Below the pieces are notes generated by a model. It did not search any database. It was not told the origin of the DNA and saw nothing but the letters and a program-made list of their open reading frames with translations. The position numbers and the translations under genes were made by a program. Positions 10,063 to 20,366 of a stretch of DNA of 64,000 nt are shown here, in pieces (the stretch's first letter is position 1; each line of letters opens with the position of its first letter). Origin of the DNA: Candidatus Kapaibacterium sp. (GTDB lineage Bacteria > Bacteroidota > Ignavibacteria > Kapaibacteriales > UBA2268); contig OY761611.1 of the NCBI GenBank assembly GCA_963664875.1, positions 224,001 to 288,000 of the forward strand, read 5' to 3'.

Positions 10063-10920
10063 CTATTTGTACTCCGTCAAGATTATATCTTCACCTTTAA
10101 TGTAACCGGATTTATGTTTTTGAATCCGAGAAGCCTGTCTAAAAGCGTCGTGTTCATAAATCAGAATTGCATTTTTTTCAAAAAGGTCAGGTAATATTTT
10201 CTTTTTCTCTTCAATAGTAGTCAGAGGAAAGTTATCATAGCCCATAACATAAGGAAATGGTATATGTGCAGCCGTTGGACACAAATCTGCCATATACATA
10301 AATATTTCGCTACCTGTATCTATTTTGACAAGCTGCATTGCTTTAGTATGTCCGTAAACAGGAAAAACAGTTATACCATTTGATATTTCTGTTTCTCCGT
10401 CCAACTCAATCAGTTGTCCTTTATCTATTATAGGAACAAAATCTTCTTCAATAAAAGATGCTTTGTCCTTATCTTTGGGAGATTTTGCCCATTGCAGATG
10501 TTCACGTTGGACATAATATTTAGCATTTTCGAAAGTTGGGCATATCTTGCCGTCTTTGATTGCAGTAGCACCGCCGGCATGATCAAAATGCAAATGAGTA
10601 ATGATTACATCAGTTATATCAGAAGTTGTAAGACCAAATTTTGCAAGAGAGCTGGTAATATCACTTGATATGCGGTCTATATTGAATCTTCGAGCAAAAG
10701 AGTCGTCGTATTTAGTTCCGTTGCCGGTATCTATGAGAATTTTTCTATCGTCATGGATTATTAGAATTATTCTTGCTGCAAGCGGAATTCTATTCAATTC
10801 GTCCCCGACATGATAGCTTTTAGACCATAATACTTTCGGAACGACACCAAACATAGCACCTCCGTCGAGTGCAAAAATGCCGGTTTCTATAGCTTCTATT
10901 TGATAATTTCCGGAAATCAT
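10063..10920 (-). CDS. MBL-fold metallo-hydrolase (YtnP-like)
   Basis: LDGGAMFGVVPK, THLHFDHAGG, GHT motifs; ATG at 10920 preferred, 10953 possible. Confidence 0.9.
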   Translation of the reverse strand: MISGNYQIEAIETGIFALDGGAMFGVVPKVLWSKSYHVGDELNRIPLAARIILIIHDDRKILIDTGNGTKYDDSFARRFNIDRISSDITSSLAKFGLTTSDITDVIITHLHFDHAGGATAIKDGKICPTFENAKYYVQREHLQWAKSPKDKDKASFIEEDFVPIIDKGQLIELDGETEISNGITVFPVYGHTKAMQLVKIDTGSEIFMYMADLCPTAAHIPFPYVMGYDNFPLTTIEEKKKILPDLFEKNAILIYEHDAFRQASRIQKHKSGYIKGEDIILTEYK

Positions 10921-11141
10921 AATGTAAAACTGCAAAAATGTGAATAAAAACATTTAGGACGCAAGAAAAAAGTGCATATTTTCGTTTGCAAGTTAGCATA
11001 ATTTCAATAAATTTTACAGATGTGAATAAAAAGAATTGGAAATTATATGAAAGCTATATAATTTTGTTGCTTGACTTATTGCCAAGTTGTATTTAGTATA
11101 ATAAGAAAAGTATTTTAGTTTTATATAAAAGGAGTTTTTAG

Positions 11142-13322
11142 ATGGGAACTATTGAAAGGATTCGACAAGCGTCACCTTATGTATTTGCATTCTTTGGTGT
11201 AATGCTTGTGGCATTTTTTACAATTGGAGATAAGACCGTTGTAGATGGTCTTCTTGGTTCAAGAGGTAACACTGCCGATAAGCCAATAGCAATCGTTGAC
11301 GGTGAAGAAATTGCTTACAGAGATTTTGCCGGTATGGTGCAACAACAAATTGAAAATCAAAGAAGACAAAATCCAGACCAGGAAGTAAACGAATTGCAGG
11401 TTAGACGTCAGGTGTGGCAAAGCATCTTAGACCAAAAAATACTTGAAATTCAAGCAAAAAAAGCAGGTATTACTGTAACTGATGCCGAAATCAGAGATCA
11501 GTTACTAAACAATCCTCCGGACTTCTTAGTTCAACAATTTTCAGATTCATTGGGTAATTTCGACAGAAAAGCTTACTTAGAAATTATTACTAATCCTGAA
11601 ATTATAATATCAAGATTGCCTGAAACTATGAGCCTCGAAGAAAAAGAAGCTCAGGTAAACAGATTCAGAGCTGATATCTTGAATATTCAAGATTATCTAT
11701 TGAAACAAAAGATTTCAAACAACCTTTCTTCGATAGTAGCTACTACAGGTTCTGTAATTTCTCCGGAATTTGCCAGAGAAAAATATATTGCTGAAAACAG
11801 TTCTGCTGTTGTAAATTTTGTTGCATTGCCGATCAGAAATGTTCCTGATAAAGAAGTAAACGTTACTGATGAAGATATCAAAAAATATTACGATGCTCAC
11901 AAAGAATATTACATACAAAAACCACAAAGACAGGTATCTTATGTATCTTTCCGCATGGTTCCTTCTCAGAAAGATTCTTTGAAAGCTCAAAAAGATATTC
12001 AGGATGTAATGAACTCTTTGAATAATGCACAGACTGAAGAAGAAAAAGATAAAGCATTTGATTTGATGTGGAGCAAACACAATGGCGATACTTATGACTA
12101 TGCTCTTATCAATGATGTAGATCCTAAAAAATCAAACTTTGTACTTTCATTAGCAGACAGACAGGTGGCAGGTCCGTTTACTTTGACTGACGGTACTTAC
12201 TTCTTTAGATTAGACGGCAAACGCCAGGGTGAAAATGAAGTAGTAAAAGCCAGCCATATTCTTATCAAATCAGATGATACAAATGCTGACAGTGCAAAAG
12301 TTGAAGCTGATAAAATTTACAAAAAAGCTCAGTCCGGCGAAGACTTTGCTGCCTTAGCTCAGGCTCACTCTGAAGATCCGGGCTCTAAAACTAAAGGCGG
12401 TGATTTAGGTTATTTCGGAAAAGGAAGAATGGTACCTGAATTTGATAAAGCTTGTTTTGAAGCAAATGCCGGCGATATTGTTGGTCCAATCAAAACACAG
12501 TTTGGCTACCACATCATCAAAATTGAAGACAAAAAGTCAGAAGAAATCAAATTCAGCGAAATAAAAATTGCTCCTAGAATGTCAACTTCTACTCGCAATT
12601 TGATTATGCGCGATGCTCAGATTATGGCAAAAACTGCAATGGAAGAAGGTATTTCTTTAGATACTCTTGCTGCTCGTAAAGGTATAAGAGCATTTACTCC
12701 GGGCTACTTCGAACAAGCTCGTCCGATACTTGGATCTCAGTACCTTACTGACAGAGCTTTCGAACTTGAAGTAGGTGGTGTAATCGAACCGATGGATATC
12801 GAATACTACGGTTTGATTGTAGCTCAGGTTGTAGGTGTTAAAGCTGAAGGCATTGCTTCTTTGGAAGACAAAAAAGACGAAATCAAAACTAAAGTAATGG
12901 AAATCAAAAAATTAGATGCTCTTGAAGGTAAAGCAAAAGAGCTTTATGCAAAAATGAAATCTGCAGGTTCGTTAGCTTTAGCTAAAGAGCAAGATCCTAC
13001 TTTAGATATGAAAACTATTGATAATCTCAAAAACGACGGAAAAGTAAGTGGATTTGGTACAGAGCCTGCATTCACTACTTATGCTTTTGCTCAACCAATG
13101 AATAAAGTAATTGGTCCAATCAGAGGCGAAAAGGCATACTTTGTTATTGAGATAGTAAACAGAAACATCCCTGCTAAAGCAGATGTTGATGCAAATATGG
13201 TTACATATACAGAAACATTGAAACAACAGTCTTCAGGCATTACTTTCTATCAATGGATGACTGCTGTCAAAGAACAATCTAAGATTGAAGATTTTAGAAA
13301 AGAATTCTATAGAGAATACTAA
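11142..13322 (+). CDS. ppiD: Membrane-anchored peptidyl-prolyl isomerase/chaperone (PpiD/SurA family)
   Basis: N-terminal TM helix, SurA_N-like region, parvulin motifs ASHILI, SEDPGS, GGDLG, FGYHII. Confidence 0.85.
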   Translation: MGTIERIRQASPYVFAFFGVMLVAFFTIGDKTVVDGLLGSRGNTADKPIAIVDGEEIAYRDFAGMVQQQIENQRRQNPDQEVNELQVRRQVWQSILDQKILEIQAKKAGITVTDAEIRDQLLNNPPDFLVQQFSDSLGNFDRKAYLEIITNPEIIISRLPETMSLEEKEAQVNRFRADILNIQDYLLKQKISNNLSSIVATTGSVISPEFAREKYIAENSSAVVNFVALPIRNVPDKEVNVTDEDIKKYYDAHKEYYIQKPQRQVSYVSFRMVPSQKDSLKAQKDIQDVMNSLNNAQTEEEKDKAFDLMWSKHNGDTYDYALINDVDPKKSNFVLSLADRQVAGPFTLTDGTYFFRLDGKRQGENEVVKASHILIKSDDTNADSAKVEADKIYKKAQSGEDFAALAQAHSEDPGSKTKGGDLGYFGKGRMVPEFDKACFEANAGDIVGPIKTQFGYHIIKIEDKKSEEIKFSEIKIAPRMSTSTRNLIMRDAQIMAKTAMEEGISLDTLAARKGIRAFTPGYFEQARPILGSQYLTDRAFELEVGGVIEPMDIEYYGLIVAQVVGVKAEGIASLEDKKDEIKTKVMEIKKLDALEGKAKELYAKMKSAGSLALAKEQDPTLDMKTIDNLKNDGKVSGFGTEPAFTTYAFAQPMNKVIGPIRGEKAYFVIEIVNRNIPAKADVDANMVTYTETLKQQSSGITFYQWMTAVKEQSKIEDFRKEFYREY

Positions 13323-13348
13323 GCGTTAATCTCAAATATTCAATTAGT

Positions 13349-13382
13349 GAGGGCTTGTTTTTATAACAGGTCCTCTTTTTTA
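13349..13382 (+). terminator. Intrinsic terminator after ppiD
   Basis: GAGGGCTTGTT / AACAGGTCCTC stem (with G-U pairs) followed by a T run. Confidence 0.75.
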
Positions 13383-13609
13383 TTTATATAACACTTAAAT
13401 ATTATTGCATAGTTTAGGCATGTCAAATTGATTATGAGCCTATTTTCAAACATCTGATTTACTCTGTCAAATTAATTTCACATTCCACTTTTTACGTTTT
13501 AAATTATACCTGTATTTCATAATGAAAATAATAGAAAACATAAATTAGTATAGTTTATCCTAACATTTAAAACGAATATACTGCTAAGATTAAATTAGTG
13601 AGGGTTAAA

Positions 13610-14548
13610 ATGAGTGGAATATCACGGAGAGACTTCTTTAAAATTTCCGGAGCAATGTGTGGAGCAGCTACACTTAGCTCTGTAGATGCTAAGGCTCAAA
13701 GTCGTCCGGTAAATATTTTATCAGACGACAGGATGGGCGTTCTGGTTGATACTACCGTCTGCATAGGTTGTAGGAACTGCGAATGGGCTTGCAAAGATGC
13801 ACACGGCATACCAACAGAACACATAGACACATATCAAGACAGAACTGTATTCAAAGAATATAGGCGACCAAATGAGCAGTCGCTTACAGTAGTAAACGAA
13901 TACAAAAATCCAAAAAGTGAATATCTACCTACTAATGTCAAAATTCAATGTATGCATTGCGATCATCCGTCGTGTGTATCTGTTTGTATTGTGGGGGCAT
14001 TTTCAAAGTTAGAAAACGGAAGTGTGGTGTGGGATACTTCAAAATGTATTGGTTGCCGATATTGTATGGTTGCCTGTCCATTCCAGATACCTACCTATGA
14101 GTTTGAAAAAGCTATAGAACCAAATATTTCAAAATGTGATTTCTGCATAGAAAGAACAAAACAAGGCAAGCTAACTGCCTGCGTTGAAATATGCCCTGTA
14201 GAGGCGTTGACTTATGGTCCGAGACAAGAACTTATCAAAATTGCTAGAAAACGCATCCAAAGGAATCCTGACAGATATGTCAATCACATTTACGGAGAAA
14301 AAGAAGTAGGTGGGACCGCATGGATGTATTTAGCCGGACAGGATTTTGGAGAGATTGAGTTTAAAAAGTTTGGAGATAAACCTGCACCAGGTATATCTGA
14401 ATCAATCCAACATGGCATATTTGCCTATTTCGTGCCTCCTGCAATGTTTTATTCGCTTTTAGGCATGATTATGTGGATTGCCAAAAAACGTGAGACAGAG
14501 AAGAAAGAAAAGCAAAATCAAATAAGTGAAGGAGAGAGCCATGAGTGA
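13610..14548 (+). CDS. Tat-exported 4Fe-4S dicluster protein (HybA/NrfC/HmcB-like) with C-terminal TM anchor
   Basis: SRRDFFK twin-arginine signal; four Cys clusters CIGCRNCEWAC, CMHCDHPSCVSVC, CIGCRYCMVACP, CDFC...CVEICP. Confidence 0.9.
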   Translation: MSGISRRDFFKISGAMCGAATLSSVDAKAQSRPVNILSDDRMGVLVDTTVCIGCRNCEWACKDAHGIPTEHIDTYQDRTVFKEYRRPNEQSLTVVNEYKNPKSEYLPTNVKIQCMHCDHPSCVSVCIVGAFSKLENGSVVWDTSKCIGCRYCMVACPFQIPTYEFEKAIEPNISKCDFCIERTKQGKLTACVEICPVEALTYGPRQELIKIARKRIQRNPDRYVNHIYGEKEVGGTAWMYLAGQDFGEIEFKKFGDKPAPGISESIQHGIFAYFVPPAMFYSLLGMIMWIAKKRETEKKEKQNQISEGESHE

Positions 14549-15782
14549 GAATTTCATTACTGTACCTCTTTCAGGAGAGCATAAGAAAGTGAGTTTTTTG
14601 ACTCCGGGAGTTTTTCTTCTGATTCTTATTGCGTTAAATGGTCTTGTGTTTCTTGCAGGAAGGTTTATCTTCGGTATAGGAGCAGTAACAAATTTAGATA
14701 ATTATTATCCATGGGGATTATGGATCGGAGTTGACGTTGCAGCCGGTGTTGCTTTAGCTGCCGGTGGGTTTACTTCTTCAGCTCTTGCACATATTCTACA
14801 TAGAGAAGATTTTCATGTGATAGTTCGACCGGCACTGCTTACTGCAATGTTAGGTTACACCTTTGTAGCAATTGGAGTTATGACAGATATTGGTCGCTGG
14901 TATTACATTTGGCATCCGCTCATCAATTGGAATCCAAATTCAGCTCTGTTCGAAGTCGGTATCTGCGTTATGTTTTATCTTACAGTTCTCTACGTAGAGT
15001 TTCTGCCGGCTGTAGTCGAAAGATTTTTACATAAAGTAAATTTACCCGGCATTCTAAAAGGTCTGAATAATCTGTTTGAGAAAATATTATCTCTATTGGA
15101 CAAAACTTTACCAAAAGTAATGTTTATTTTTATAATCGCAGGTGTAGTGCTTTCAACTTTACACCAATCATCTCTCGGTACATTGATGGTAATCGCAGGT
15201 GATAAAATGCATCCGCTTTGGCAAACTCCAATTTTGCCACTTCTGTTCTTTTTGTCAGCAGTTTCAGTGGGATTCCCTATGGTGATGTTTGAATCCTTGA
15301 TTGCTGCCAAATCATTTGGTTTAAAACCTGAAATGCATGTACTTAGCAAATTAGGAAAGGTAATGCCGCTTTTGTTAGGTATTTATCTTGCATTCAAACT
15401 TGGTGATATGTTTATCAGAGAAACATTTGTTTATCTATTTGAATTCAACACTGTTAGTGTGATGTTCCTAATCGAACTTTTTGTCGGAGTAATTATTCCG
15501 ATTAGGCTTTTCCTATCGAAAAAAGTACTAAATAAACCTTGTCTTTTGATGGTTGCTTCCGGTATGGTAGTATTTGGCGTATTTTTGAATAGGGTAAATA
15601 ATTTTGTAACTGCCTATACACCACCATTTGCTGATTATTCTTATTTCCCGTCCTATGGAGAAATATCAGTAACTCTTGGTTTTGTTGCTATATTAGTTTT
15701 GCTCTATAGGGCAATTGTTATGATATTCCCTGTAATTTCAATTCCAAAAGATCCTGAAAGAAATCAGGTGGAGGAATGTTAA
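14541..15782 (+). CDS. NrfD/PsrC family integral membrane quinone-interacting subunit (HybB/HmcC-like)
   Basis: About 10 TM helices; TNLD..YPWGLWI, DIGR, LHQSSLG, HPLW motifs. Confidence 0.9.
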   Translation: MSENFITVPLSGEHKKVSFLTPGVFLLILIALNGLVFLAGRFIFGIGAVTNLDNYYPWGLWIGVDVAAGVALAAGGFTSSALAHILHREDFHVIVRPALLTAMLGYTFVAIGVMTDIGRWYYIWHPLINWNPNSALFEVGICVMFYLTVLYVEFLPAVVERFLHKVNLPGILKGLNNLFEKILSLLDKTLPKVMFIFIIAGVVLSTLHQSSLGTLMVIAGDKMHPLWQTPILPLLFFLSAVSVGFPMVMFESLIAAKSFGLKPEMHVLSKLGKVMPLLLGIYLAFKLGDMFIRETFVYLFEFNTVSVMFLIELFVGVIIPIRLFLSKKVLNKPCLLMVASGMVVFGVFLNRVNNFVTAYTPPFADYSYFPSYGEISVTLGFVAILVLLYRAIVMIFPVISIPKDPERNQVEEC

Positions 15783-15783
15783 T

Positions 15784-16995
15784 ATGAAAAAGGTACTTTA
15801 TGTATTTACATTGCTGATTCTGGGATTGGCAATATCATTCAGCTTGAACAGCATCAATGCAGATACTAAAAAGGAAAAAGAAAATACGCAGCTGATATCT
15901 GCTCAGCAAACAAAAAAAATGGATATTAGTGACAAAAGTGATCATGCAAATTCTGATTTAGAGTGTAGCACTTGTCATGCTTGCTTGTATCCAACTGTTG
16001 AAGATCCGTGTCTTAAAGAATGTCCACGTGAACAAATAACGATTAATCACAGTTCTGAAGAAGGGCCGGATGTTATTAAAATTGTAAAACTATCAGACAG
16101 ATACGGTCCTGTGGTATTTTCGCACAAAGTTCATGCACAGATGTCTGAAATGTCAGGTGGCTGCGAGTCATGTCATCACTATAACACTGCCGGACCTGTT
16201 TTAGCCTGTAAAAAATGCCATGAACCGAGAGCTACCCGTGAAAATCTTGCAATCCCTGATTTGGAAGCTGCCTATCATAGACAATGTGTGCAGTGTCATA
16301 GGCAATGGAATCAGACAACAGGCTGTTATTCTTGCCATCTTCCTAAAGATAGTGAAGATAGCGAAATCATGAAAATGATAGAAAGATATCAGGGAATTGT
16401 ACATCCTGAAGTTGGGCATCCGGTTAAATTGGTATATGAGACTACTGCCGACACAGGCAAAATTGTTACATTTTACCACGACCAACATACTAAAATGTTC
16501 AATGTGCCTTGTAAGGGCTGTCATACAGATGAATCATGTATCCAATGCCATGATTTGAGAAAACAGGTTACATATCAGGCGGATCAACGTAAAAAAATCC
16601 ATAAAAGCTTCGAAGAGCATCACAAGCCTTGCTCTACATGCCATGATAATAACGATTGTAATAAATGCCATAAAGACAAAGAGACTCCACCATTTGAACA
16701 TGATAAATCAACAAATTTCAAACTTGGGAAGTTTCACTCAGAGCTTAGCTGTAACAAATGCCATCAAGACAATAAATTCAATAAGTTGAATACAGGTTGC
16801 TTGTCTTGCCATAAGAACTTTAAGCTTGGTGAGTTTAATCATGCAAAAACCGGTTTGACTTTGACAGGAGAACATAAGGAGTTGGATTGTGAGACTTGTC
16901 ACAAAAACCTGAATTCACCACTTCAGATTAAGTGTGACGATTGCCATGATACTGACATAAGTTATCCCTCAAAATTGCCCGGGACAAAAAAATAG
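15784..16995 (+). CDS. Exported multiheme cytochrome c (c3/c7-like) with 13 CxxCH motifs
   Basis: Signal/anchor peptide; 13 CxxCH counted; VVFSHKVH and VTFYHDQH c3-type distal His motifs. Confidence 0.92.
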   Translation: MKKVLYVFTLLILGLAISFSLNSINADTKKEKENTQLISAQQTKKMDISDKSDHANSDLECSTCHACLYPTVEDPCLKECPREQITINHSSEEGPDVIKIVKLSDRYGPVVFSHKVHAQMSEMSGGCESCHHYNTAGPVLACKKCHEPRATRENLAIPDLEAAYHRQCVQCHRQWNQTTGCYSCHLPKDSEDSEIMKMIERYQGIVHPEVGHPVKLVYETTADTGKIVTFYHDQHTKMFNVPCKGCHTDESCIQCHDLRKQVTYQADQRKKIHKSFEEHHKPCSTCHDNNDCNKCHKDKETPPFEHDKSTNFKLGKFHSELSCNKCHQDNKFNKLNTGCLSCHKNFKLGEFNHAKTGLTLTGEHKELDCETCHKNLNSPLQIKCDDCHDTDISYPSKLPGTKK

Positions 16996-17036
16996 ATTAT
17001 AGATTTACATTGACACATTTAATCTACTTTATAATT

Positions 17037-17068
17037 AACAAGGCTTCTCAAATGAGGAGCCTTGTTTT
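17037..17068. terminator. Strong hairpin, probable bidirectional terminator
   Basis: AACAAGGCTTCTCA / TGAGGAGCCTTGTT between convergent genes. Confidence 0.8.
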
Positions 17069-17090
17069 GGTTGAATTTATGGGAATTAAT

Positions 17091-17432
17091 TTAAAGTATC
17101 GTTTCGATAATCTCCGTCGGTCTCGCAATTACAGCTTTATTTCCGTTTACAACTATTGGTCTTTCTATCAATTTTGGAAAGCTTACCATTGCGGAAATTA
17201 TTTCGTCATCACTTAAATTTTTACCTCTGTAATTTTCAATCCACTCTTTCTCTTTTGTTCTTACTAATTCGATAGGTCTTAGTTGAAGTTTGTCGATAAG
17301 ATTTCGAACTTCTTCAAATGAAATGTTTTCATCAAGATACTTCACTACTTTGAATTCAACTGATTTGTCTTCTAAATATTTTAGACCGGCTCTACTTTTA
17401 GAGCACCTTGGATTATGATAAATTTCAATCAT
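17091..17432 (-). CDS. arsC: ArsC/Spx family protein (glutaredoxin-type arsenate reductase-like)
   Basis: YHNPRCSKSR and LIERPIV...ARP motifs. Confidence 0.85.
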   Translation of the reverse strand: MIEIYHNPRCSKSRAGLKYLEDKSVEFKVVKYLDENISFEEVRNLIDKLQLRPIELVRTKEKEWIENYRGKNLSDDEIISAMVSFPKLIERPIVVNGNKAVIARPTEIIETIL

Positions 17433-17572
17433 GGTTTATATTCCGAATATCAATAAAATACATACTAAGTTTTATCGAAATGAGAAAAGTATTATTGCAA
17501 AAAATGGGTGGACAATTAAGTTTTATACCCGGTAAAAATAAAACACTCTTATATTAGTTTTCTATCAAAAGA

Positions 17573-19030
17573 ATGGGAACAGAAAATAGCAGGAATACTA
17601 TGCCAAATTATGACAAATATCGTAACAGACCATTTTTAATCAGCCGTGATTCGGTATTGACTTACAATTTGTTTTGGAAAAATGTCAACAGGCTTTCCCG
17701 CAAACTAATCGAAATAGGAGTGAAAGAAGGAGATATTGTCGCATACTTCAACAAAAATTCCTATATGTTCCCAATTTTATTTTTTGCACTGGGCAAAATA
17801 GGTGCAATTATCCTGCCTGTCAATATTAGATTTCCTGCTCTCCAGGTAATAGAGCTGTTAGACGAACTTGGAGTTGAGCATATAGTAGTTTCTAACTTAT
17901 ATATAGATGAGGCATTTGAGAGAAATACTAAAATCATTTTAGAAGATTTGATAGATATAAACGAAACATATCCGGAAGAAGCCGATACACCGTTTGATAT
18001 ACAAAATATTTTAGATAATGATGCAAGTATTATTTTTACTTCGGGTAGCACAGGCAATCCTAAAGCTGCCTTACACACTTATGGAAATCACTACTTTAGT
18101 GCCCTCGGTTCGAACCAAAACATTGAATTAGGAAAGAATGACAGATGGCTTGCAGTGTTGCCTACTTATCATGTAGGAGGTATATCAGTTTTCTTTAGAG
18201 CTTACCTTGCCGGTGCCACAGTTGTAATTCCTGATACATCAATATCTATATTGGAAAATATTATTAGAAATAGAGTCAGCCATGTCTCTTTCGTTGCTAC
18301 TCAAATATTTAGAATGTTGGATAATCCCAAAGAAGTAAGTTTTTTGTCGAAACTAAAGGCAATTTTACTTGGCGGTAGTGCTATGCCGGCAGGTTTGATA
18401 AACAAATGTTTCGAGCATGACCTAAAAGTTTTTGTTTCTTATGGCAGCACTGAAATGAGCTCGCAAATAACAGCTACATCGGCGTTTGCCGGTATGGACG
18501 AATTGTTGACGAGCGGAAAAATTCTACCATATAGAGAGCTAAAAATTGCAGAAGATGGCGAAATATTAGTAAAAGGAAAGACCCTTTTTAAAGGTTATAT
18601 CCAAAACAGTAAAACATTTAGTCGTATTGACTCTGATGATTGGTATCATACCGGCGATCTTGGTAATATAAATCATAACGGTTTACTGACAGTATATGGA
18701 AGGAAAGATAATATGTTTATTTCAGGAGGTGAAAATATACAGCCTGAAGAAATTGAGAAAGAATTGTGTAAATTGGATTTTATTTCAGATGCCATAGTTG
18801 TCGCTGTACCTGATTCCGACTTTGGCAGAAGACCGGTTGCATTTATACGAGTTGATAAAGATACAGAAATCAATAGACAGAATATAGAAAAGCATCTTTC
18901 CAAATCAATAGCAAGGTACAAGTTGCCATTAGCCTATTTGCCATTCCCAGAAAAACTTAATGACCTCAATCTAAAAATTGACAGACAACAATTTACTGAT
19001 TTAGCAAAAGAGTACCTTGGCATTAGTTGA
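17573..19030 (+). CDS. menE: o-succinylbenzoate-CoA ligase
   Basis: FTSGSTGNPK, YHVGG, LLGGS, SYGSTEMSSQ, GRKDNMFISGGENI. Confidence 0.88.
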   Translation: MGTENSRNTMPNYDKYRNRPFLISRDSVLTYNLFWKNVNRLSRKLIEIGVKEGDIVAYFNKNSYMFPILFFALGKIGAIILPVNIRFPALQVIELLDELGVEHIVVSNLYIDEAFERNTKIILEDLIDINETYPEEADTPFDIQNILDNDASIIFTSGSTGNPKAALHTYGNHYFSALGSNQNIELGKNDRWLAVLPTYHVGGISVFFRAYLAGATVVIPDTSISILENIIRNRVSHVSFVATQIFRMLDNPKEVSFLSKLKAILLGGSAMPAGLINKCFEHDLKVFVSYGSTEMSSQITATSAFAGMDELLTSGKILPYRELKIAEDGEILVKGKTLFKGYIQNSKTFSRIDSDDWYHTGDLGNINHNGLLTVYGRKDNMFISGGENIQPEEIEKELCKLDFISDAIVVAVPDSDFGRRPVAFIRVDKDTEINRQNIEKHLSKSIARYKLPLAYLPFPEKLNDLNLKIDRQQFTDLAKEYLGIS

Positions 19031-19069
19031 AAAACTCAGTTGTTTTGATGATTTAAATTGACCATAAGG

Positions 19070-19702
19070 CTAAATCCCTATTTGTTTACATTCAGTAGCA
19101 ATAGAACATTTATCACATTTAGGAGAACGTACACATATTTTTCTGCCATGATTGATAAAATAATGTGTAAATATGACCCATAATTCTTTTTCAATGAGTT
19201 TCATTAGTTCAAATTCAATCTTAACAGCATCTTTCGTATTTACAAAACCCATTCTGTTACTTAATCTGATTACATGCGTATCAACTACAATCCCCGGTGT
19301 ATCAAAGCAATGACCAAGTAAAACATTTGCAGTTTTTCTTCCGACTCCGGGCAATTTTAGTAGGTTCTCCATATTATCAGGCACTTTCCCATCGAACTTA
19401 TTTAATATCATATCGCAGGCACCTGTTATACTTTTAGCTTTTGCACGATAGAATCCGGTAGAATATATGTCTTTCTCAAGTTCTTCGATTGGTACTTTAA
19501 GATAGTCCTCAGGAGTAAGATACTTTGCAAATAAGTCTTTTGTAACAATATTTACACGTGCATCAGTGCACTGTGCAGACAAAATAGTAGCTATTAATAA
19601 CTCAAACGGTGAGGTAAAGTCGAGTTGAATTTTGACATCAGGGTAATCTTTAGATAGAGTATCAATGATATATTTCATTCGTTCTTTTTTACTTCGAATC
19701 AT
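19070..19702 (-). CDS. nth: Endonuclease III
   Basis: ILSAQCTD, HhH motif LPGVGRKTANV, VDTHV, C-terminal FeS cysteines; ATG at 19702 preferred. Confidence 0.95.
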   Translation of the reverse strand: MIRSKKERMKYIIDTLSKDYPDVKIQLDFTSPFELLIATILSAQCTDARVNIVTKDLFAKYLTPEDYLKVPIEELEKDIYSTGFYRAKAKSITGACDMILNKFDGKVPDNMENLLKLPGVGRKTANVLLGHCFDTPGIVVDTHVIRLSNRMGFVNTKDAVKIEFELMKLIEKELWVIFTHYFINHGRKICVRSPKCDKCSIATECKQIGI

Positions 19703-20351
19703 TTTCTTCTCCAATTTGATTGCAAATACTGTCAGGCGACTGCCTATTATAGACGTAAGTTTTGAAATTAGTTTTACCAATGACACAGCCTTGCTTTTTC
19801 ATATTTTGATAAAATCTCAAATCGCAACCAAATTCATTATCAAAACCACCGAAGGTATTGAATTTATCAGTATTTACAAAAAAAGTACCATTAACATAAC
19901 AATCATCAAGGTGAATTTTTGAAGATTTGTCATTACAATCCGGTACAAAAGGGTCTCCAATTATTTCTAATCCTCCATAGATGAAATCTATAGTCGGATT
20001 TTGAAATATTATTCTTTTTCGCAGTTCTAAATGTTGAGGGTGGTAGAGGTCGTCATCATCCAAAAAAGTAACAAAAAAGCCTCTGGCAATTGAAGCACCA
20101 TAGTTTTTGGAAATATAAGGGCCGCAGTTTTTTCTAAAAATATATTTGAATCTCTTGTCGTTTCTTATTATATAGTCAATCTTTAAAATAGCGGGCTCGT
20201 CAGAACCGTCGTCAATTATAATGCATTCCCAGTCATGTTCGGTTTGCATCAATAGTGATTCTATAGATTTTTCGAGAGAATAGCCTCTGTTGTAAGTAGC
20301 AATTACTACAGTAAACAATGGCTTTTGTTCAGGGATAATGTTTTTACTCAT
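19689..20351 (-). CDS. Glycosyltransferase family 2
   Basis: VVIATYNR, IIIDDGS, FLDDDD motifs. Confidence 0.9.
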   Translation of the reverse strand: MSKNIIPEQKPLFTVVIATYNRGYSLEKSIESLLMQTEHDWECIIIDDGSDEPAILKIDYIIRNDKRFKYIFRKNCGPYISKNYGASIARGFFVTFLDDDDLYHPQHLELRKRIIFQNPTIDFIYGGLEIIGDPFVPDCNDKSSKIHLDDCYVNGTFFVNTDKFNTFGGFDNEFGCDLRFYQNMKKQGCVIGKTNFKTYVYNRQSPDSICNQIGEENDSK

Positions 20352-20366
20352 TTTGCGATTTTGAAT

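Noticed and set aside
13610-15782. Hydrogenase-2 (hybAB) operon
   Set aside because: No NiFe large or small subunit or maturation genes in the terminator-bounded unit, so gene symbols were withheld
17010-17035. Perfect TTGACA and TATAAT hexamers
   Set aside because: Spacer is only 14 bp and a terminator hairpin follows immediately
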